Source of the DNA: a virus
Taxonomy: Duplodnaviria; Caudoviricetes
IMG/VR virus record: IMGVR_UViG_3300044733_002789
Span: 1-26,751 of that record
Strand: one strand, 5' to 3'
Length of the DNA: 26,751 bases
The notes beneath the pieces are model-generated. The model did not search any database, was not told where the DNA came from, and saw only the letters and a list, made by a program, of their open reading frames with translations. Made by a program: the position numbers and the translations under genes. Shown here piece by piece: positions 24,253 to 26,751 of the stretch (its first letter is position 1; every line of letters begins with the position of its first letter).

Positions 24253-26130
24253 TCACCGCTTCCAACCAGCAAGGGACAGGCCCCCGCCAACTGACTGGCC
24301 GGACTGTCCCTGCGCTTCCAGTTGATCCCACATCGTCGCCCGGTTGTAGCGGCGGGCAACCAGCTGCAGCGCCGCATAGGCCATCCTGGTGCAGTCGCCG
24401 GCCTCATCGCGGGAGCCGTTGGGGAGTACCCAGCTGTAGGTGGTCTGGCCGTTGTGCCGTTTGGGCATGCGTTTCCACGGGAACAGCTCCGCCAGGAACT
24501 GATCAGTCGAGGCCTCACCAAAATGCAAATAGCCGGGGCCTGGTTGTTCGTTGCGCAGCCGGCCCTGCAGGTGATTGATGCTGGCGTCGTAGCCGATGCC
24601 ATAGAGCAGCACGCCCTTTTTCACGATGCTGTGGTTCTTGCGGTTGACATCCACGGCCACACCTTTCCCGAGCAGCGGCTTGCCCTTCTGAGGCGCCCCT
24701 TTCATCGGCACCCAGTTGGCAGTGCGGCCCCGGCACCAGTCGCGCACCTCATGAGTGGCATAGCCGCCGTCGTCAATGCCGCCCATCGCCAGCCGCATCT
24801 CCGCGCCATCGGCCCTGACCCACTTGGTTTTGGCGATCTGATCCAGCTGCGCCAGCGTCTCGGGCTGCTGCGGGTCGCCATCGATCTCCCAGTGGCCCAG
24901 GTGCCAGCCCTCTTCACCACGGCCCCAGCCCCATACCGTCACCACCAACCGCTCGTCTGAGGTGCCGCCGCCGCCCTGCACGTCAACGCCAGCGGTGATC
25001 AGCAGCACGCCATCTGGCACCGTGCCAGCCGGGTAGCCGTTGCCGGCGGTTTCGTTGCGCCTGCGCTCGGCTAGGCCGTCGCCGGTCAATTTGCCGCTCA
25101 GCGTGTCCTCCCATGGCTCGCCTAACACCGTGTTGTGATAGGTCTGCATTGCATCAGGGTCGCCCTTGCGCATTGCCTCCAGGGCCTCGGCGTGCTCGCG
25201 CACCAGCACGGGCCAGCTCGCCGCTGGGGAATAGCTGTAGGCGGCCCAGATGTGGAAGCTCACCAGGCCCGGCTGCTGGCTAACAGCCGTGGGGCGCCAC
25301 TCGCCGCGCTCCACCATCCACCGTTTTTTGCTGTGGGGGATCGGCTCGGCGCAGTTTTCACACCCGTAGTGGCCGGCGTGCTCGCCCTCGCGAATCATCT
25401 GCTCCCAGCGCAACACCTGCATCACCTGGCAGAACGGACACGGCACGAAATAGCGCCGTTGGTCGCCCCTCAGGAACCATTCCTCGGTTTTGCCACCCTT
25501 AAAAATTGGAGTGCCGCCTAGGCCGATCTTGCGATCCCAGTAATAATCGGCCCTGTTGCGGCCTAACTTGATCGGATCGCCTTCATCGAGCTTGGGGTAG
25601 GCGTCCACCTCATCAAACAGCACAACCTTGCGGCTTTTGCGTCGGAAACTGCGACCGCTGGCAGCGTTCACAATGTCAACCAAGCCGCCGTTGCTCAGCT
25701 GCTTTAACAGAATCGTGTTGCTGACTGTATTGCGAGCTTTGCTTTCGGAGATTAGGCCACGCAGGCAGGGCGTATTTTGAAACAAGTCCTTAATTTCTTC
25801 TTTGCTATAGCCCTCTGCGTCTTCTTTGACCGGCTGCACAATCATCACGGGGCATGGATCCTGATGGCTGAACAGCTGAATCACCACGCCCAACATCTTT
25901 GTCCAGCCAATTCGAGCGCTCTTCATAATCGCCACCGTCTCCACAGCTGGGTCGGTGAAGGCGTCGAGGATCTCGCGCTGATAGGGGAGCGTGTTCCACC
26001 GCCCCTTCTCAGCAGCGTTGCCGGTCATCACCGCAAACTCGTCGGCGTACTCGCTCAGCCGCAACCGTGGCGGCGGCTTGAGGCCGGCCAGGATCTGCCT
26101 GGTGAGTTCGGCCGGATCGGCGGTGATCAT
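24253..26130 (-). CDS. terL: Terminase large subunit, lambda GpA family
   Basis: 625 aa; Walker A KSARIGWTK, Walker B VLFDEVD, GTP, GDQRRYFVPCPFC...CENC, nuclease ITAGVDVQ, IDDGG, RDEAGDC. Confidence 0.96.
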   Translation of the reverse strand: MITADPAELTRQILAGLKPPPRLRLSEYADEFAVMTGNAAEKGRWNTLPYQREILDAFTDPAVETVAIMKSARIGWTKMLGVVIQLFSHQDPCPVMIVQPVKEDAEGYSKEEIKDLFQNTPCLRGLISESKARNTVSNTILLKQLSNGGLVDIVNAASGRSFRRKSRKVVLFDEVDAYPKLDEGDPIKLGRNRADYYWDRKIGLGGTPIFKGGKTEEWFLRGDQRRYFVPCPFCQVMQVLRWEQMIREGEHAGHYGCENCAEPIPHSKKRWMVERGEWRPTAVSQQPGLVSFHIWAAYSYSPAASWPVLVREHAEALEAMRKGDPDAMQTYHNTVLGEPWEDTLSGKLTGDGLAERRRNETAGNGYPAGTVPDGVLLITAGVDVQGGGGTSDERLVVTVWGWGRGEEGWHLGHWEIDGDPQQPETLAQLDQIAKTKWVRADGAEMRLAMGGIDDGGYATHEVRDWCRGRTANWVPMKGAPQKGKPLLGKGVAVDVNRKNHSIVKKGVLLYGIGYDASINHLQGRLRNEQPGPGYLHFGEASTDQFLAELFPWKRMPKRHNGQTTYSWVLPNGSRDEAGDCTRMAYAALQLVARRYNRATMWDQLEAQGQSGQSVGGGLSLAGWKR

Positions 26131-26751
26131 GCTGCGCAGCCTGAGCTGAACAGGTCAATTTGCTTACCACCGATGCAAGCCGGCGACAGCCACAGCCGCT
26201 CCCTGCGACCGTTCAGGCTGTTCGTGCTGTAGCCAGCCCCTCCGCCCGCCTTGCCCTCGGCGACGCTCCACCCGTAGGGCAGCAGAGCATCGTGCTCGGT
26301 GTCGTAGCCGCAGAGGATCACGCGCAGCTCACGCGGAGCGGTCAGGCACCAATCCCGCACGGCCAGGGCCACGCCCTCGGATGATTCGGCATAGAGATCG
26401 CCGGAGGTGGCGTAGGGCGGGTCCAGGAAGATCGCCCGCGTGCCATCGCCGCCGGTGCCGCTGCGGATGACGGATGGCTTGACCACCCGCTCCCATGATC
26501 CGCAGGTGATGCGCACGCGGCGGAGGCGATCAGCAAGCTGCCCCATGTAGGCCTCAAGCTGGCCCCGCCCCGCATCCCCGAGGTGCGGCAGCTCGCGGTT
26601 GACGCCCTGCCCCGCATTCCCGAGGTGCGGCAGCTCGCGGTTGACGCCCTGCCCCGCATCCCCGAGGTGCGGCAGCTCGCGGTTGACGCCCCGCCCCGCA
26701 TTCCCGAGGTGCGGCAGCTCGCGGTTGACGCCCTGCCCCGCATTCCCGAGG
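26127..26751 (-). CDS. DNA amino-methyltransferase (Dam/D12-like, DPPY), 5'-truncated by window, with in-frame 14-aa tandem repeats
   Basis: The frame is open from 26750 through the repeats into GQLEAYMGQLADRLRRVRITCGSWERV...IFLDPPY...ILCGY...RERLWLSP. DPPY is catalytic motif IV; the SAM-binding motif I must lie upstream if the enzyme is intact. ATGA overlap with terL. Confidence 0.82.
   Translation of the reverse strand, partial: LGNAGQGVNRELPHLGNAGRGVNRELPHLGDAGQGVNRELPHLGNAGQGVNRELPHLGDAGRGQLEAYMGQLADRLRRVRITCGSWERVVKPSVIRSGTGGDGTRAIFLDPPYATSGDLYAESSEGVALAVRDWCLTAPRELRVILCGYDTEHDALLPYGWSVAEGKAGGGAGYSTNSLNGRRERLWLSPACIGGKQIDLFSSGCAA
26562..26751 (-). repeat. 42-bp coding tandem repeat, at least 4.5 copies (LPHLG[N/D]AG[Q/R]GVNRE)
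   Basis: Plus-strand unit gccc(c/t)gccccgcat(c/t)cccgaggtgcggcagctcgcggttgac starts at 26562, 26604, 26646, 26688 and 26730 (cut by window end). Confidence 0.97.

Larger units (their letters stand above)
322..26751 (-). mobile_element. Lambda-like siphovirus (phage/prophage) packaging-head-tail gene module
   Basis: Co-oriented genes in lambdoid order (terminase, gpW, portal, S49 protease, capsid, tail tube, G/GT, tape measure, M, L, K, I, J, spike) with many ATGA/TAATG/TGATG overlaps. No integrase or att site is visible, so prophage versus free phage cannot be decided. Confidence 0.95.

Noticed and set aside
26127-26546. Methyltransferase starting at ATG 26546 (139 aa)
   Set aside because: The frame stays open upstream to the window edge and the short form lacks a SAM-binding motif.
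26342-26743. 133-aa ORF with MRGRASTASCRTSG repeats
   Set aside because: Alternative frame of the same repeat; the LPHLG frame is the one continuous with the DPPY domain.
26562-26751. CRISPR array
   Set aside because: Units are head-to-tail with no unique spacers, the length is a multiple of 3 and in frame with a gene, and there are no cas genes.
1-26751. HIP1 (GCGATCGC) enrichment as a cyanobacterial host marker
   Set aside because: CGATCG cores were noticed but no enrichment of the full octamer by eye, so host assignment is unsupported.

Overview
Almost the whole window (322-26751) is one tightly packed minus-strand operon encoding the packaging, head and tail of a lambda-like siphovirus (phage or prophage). 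In transcription order: a DPPY-type DNA amino-methyltransferase (5' end outside the window) carrying an in-frame 42-bp/14-aa tandem repeat; GpA-type terminase large subunit; gpW; portal; S49 protease/scaffold; capsid cement; major capsid; head-tail connector; an inserted cassette of a 662-aa fibre-like protein, a partner and two small membrane proteins; tail terminator; tail tube; chaperone with a -1 frameshift; a 1945-aa tape measure with a lysozyme-like domain; gpM/L/K/I/J tail tip; and a beta-helix tailspike. A convergent Ala/Trp-rich gene enters from the left edge. The most unusual items are the two-variable-residue repeat array inside the methyltransferase, a recurrent TAGNCT-GA(G/T)GCC-ATG motif at three gene starts, the head-proximal fibre cassette, and abrupt GC patchwork inside core genes. 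Family calls come from motif recognition and gene order; no searches were run. A picocyanobacterial host is only an impression and is not demonstrated.
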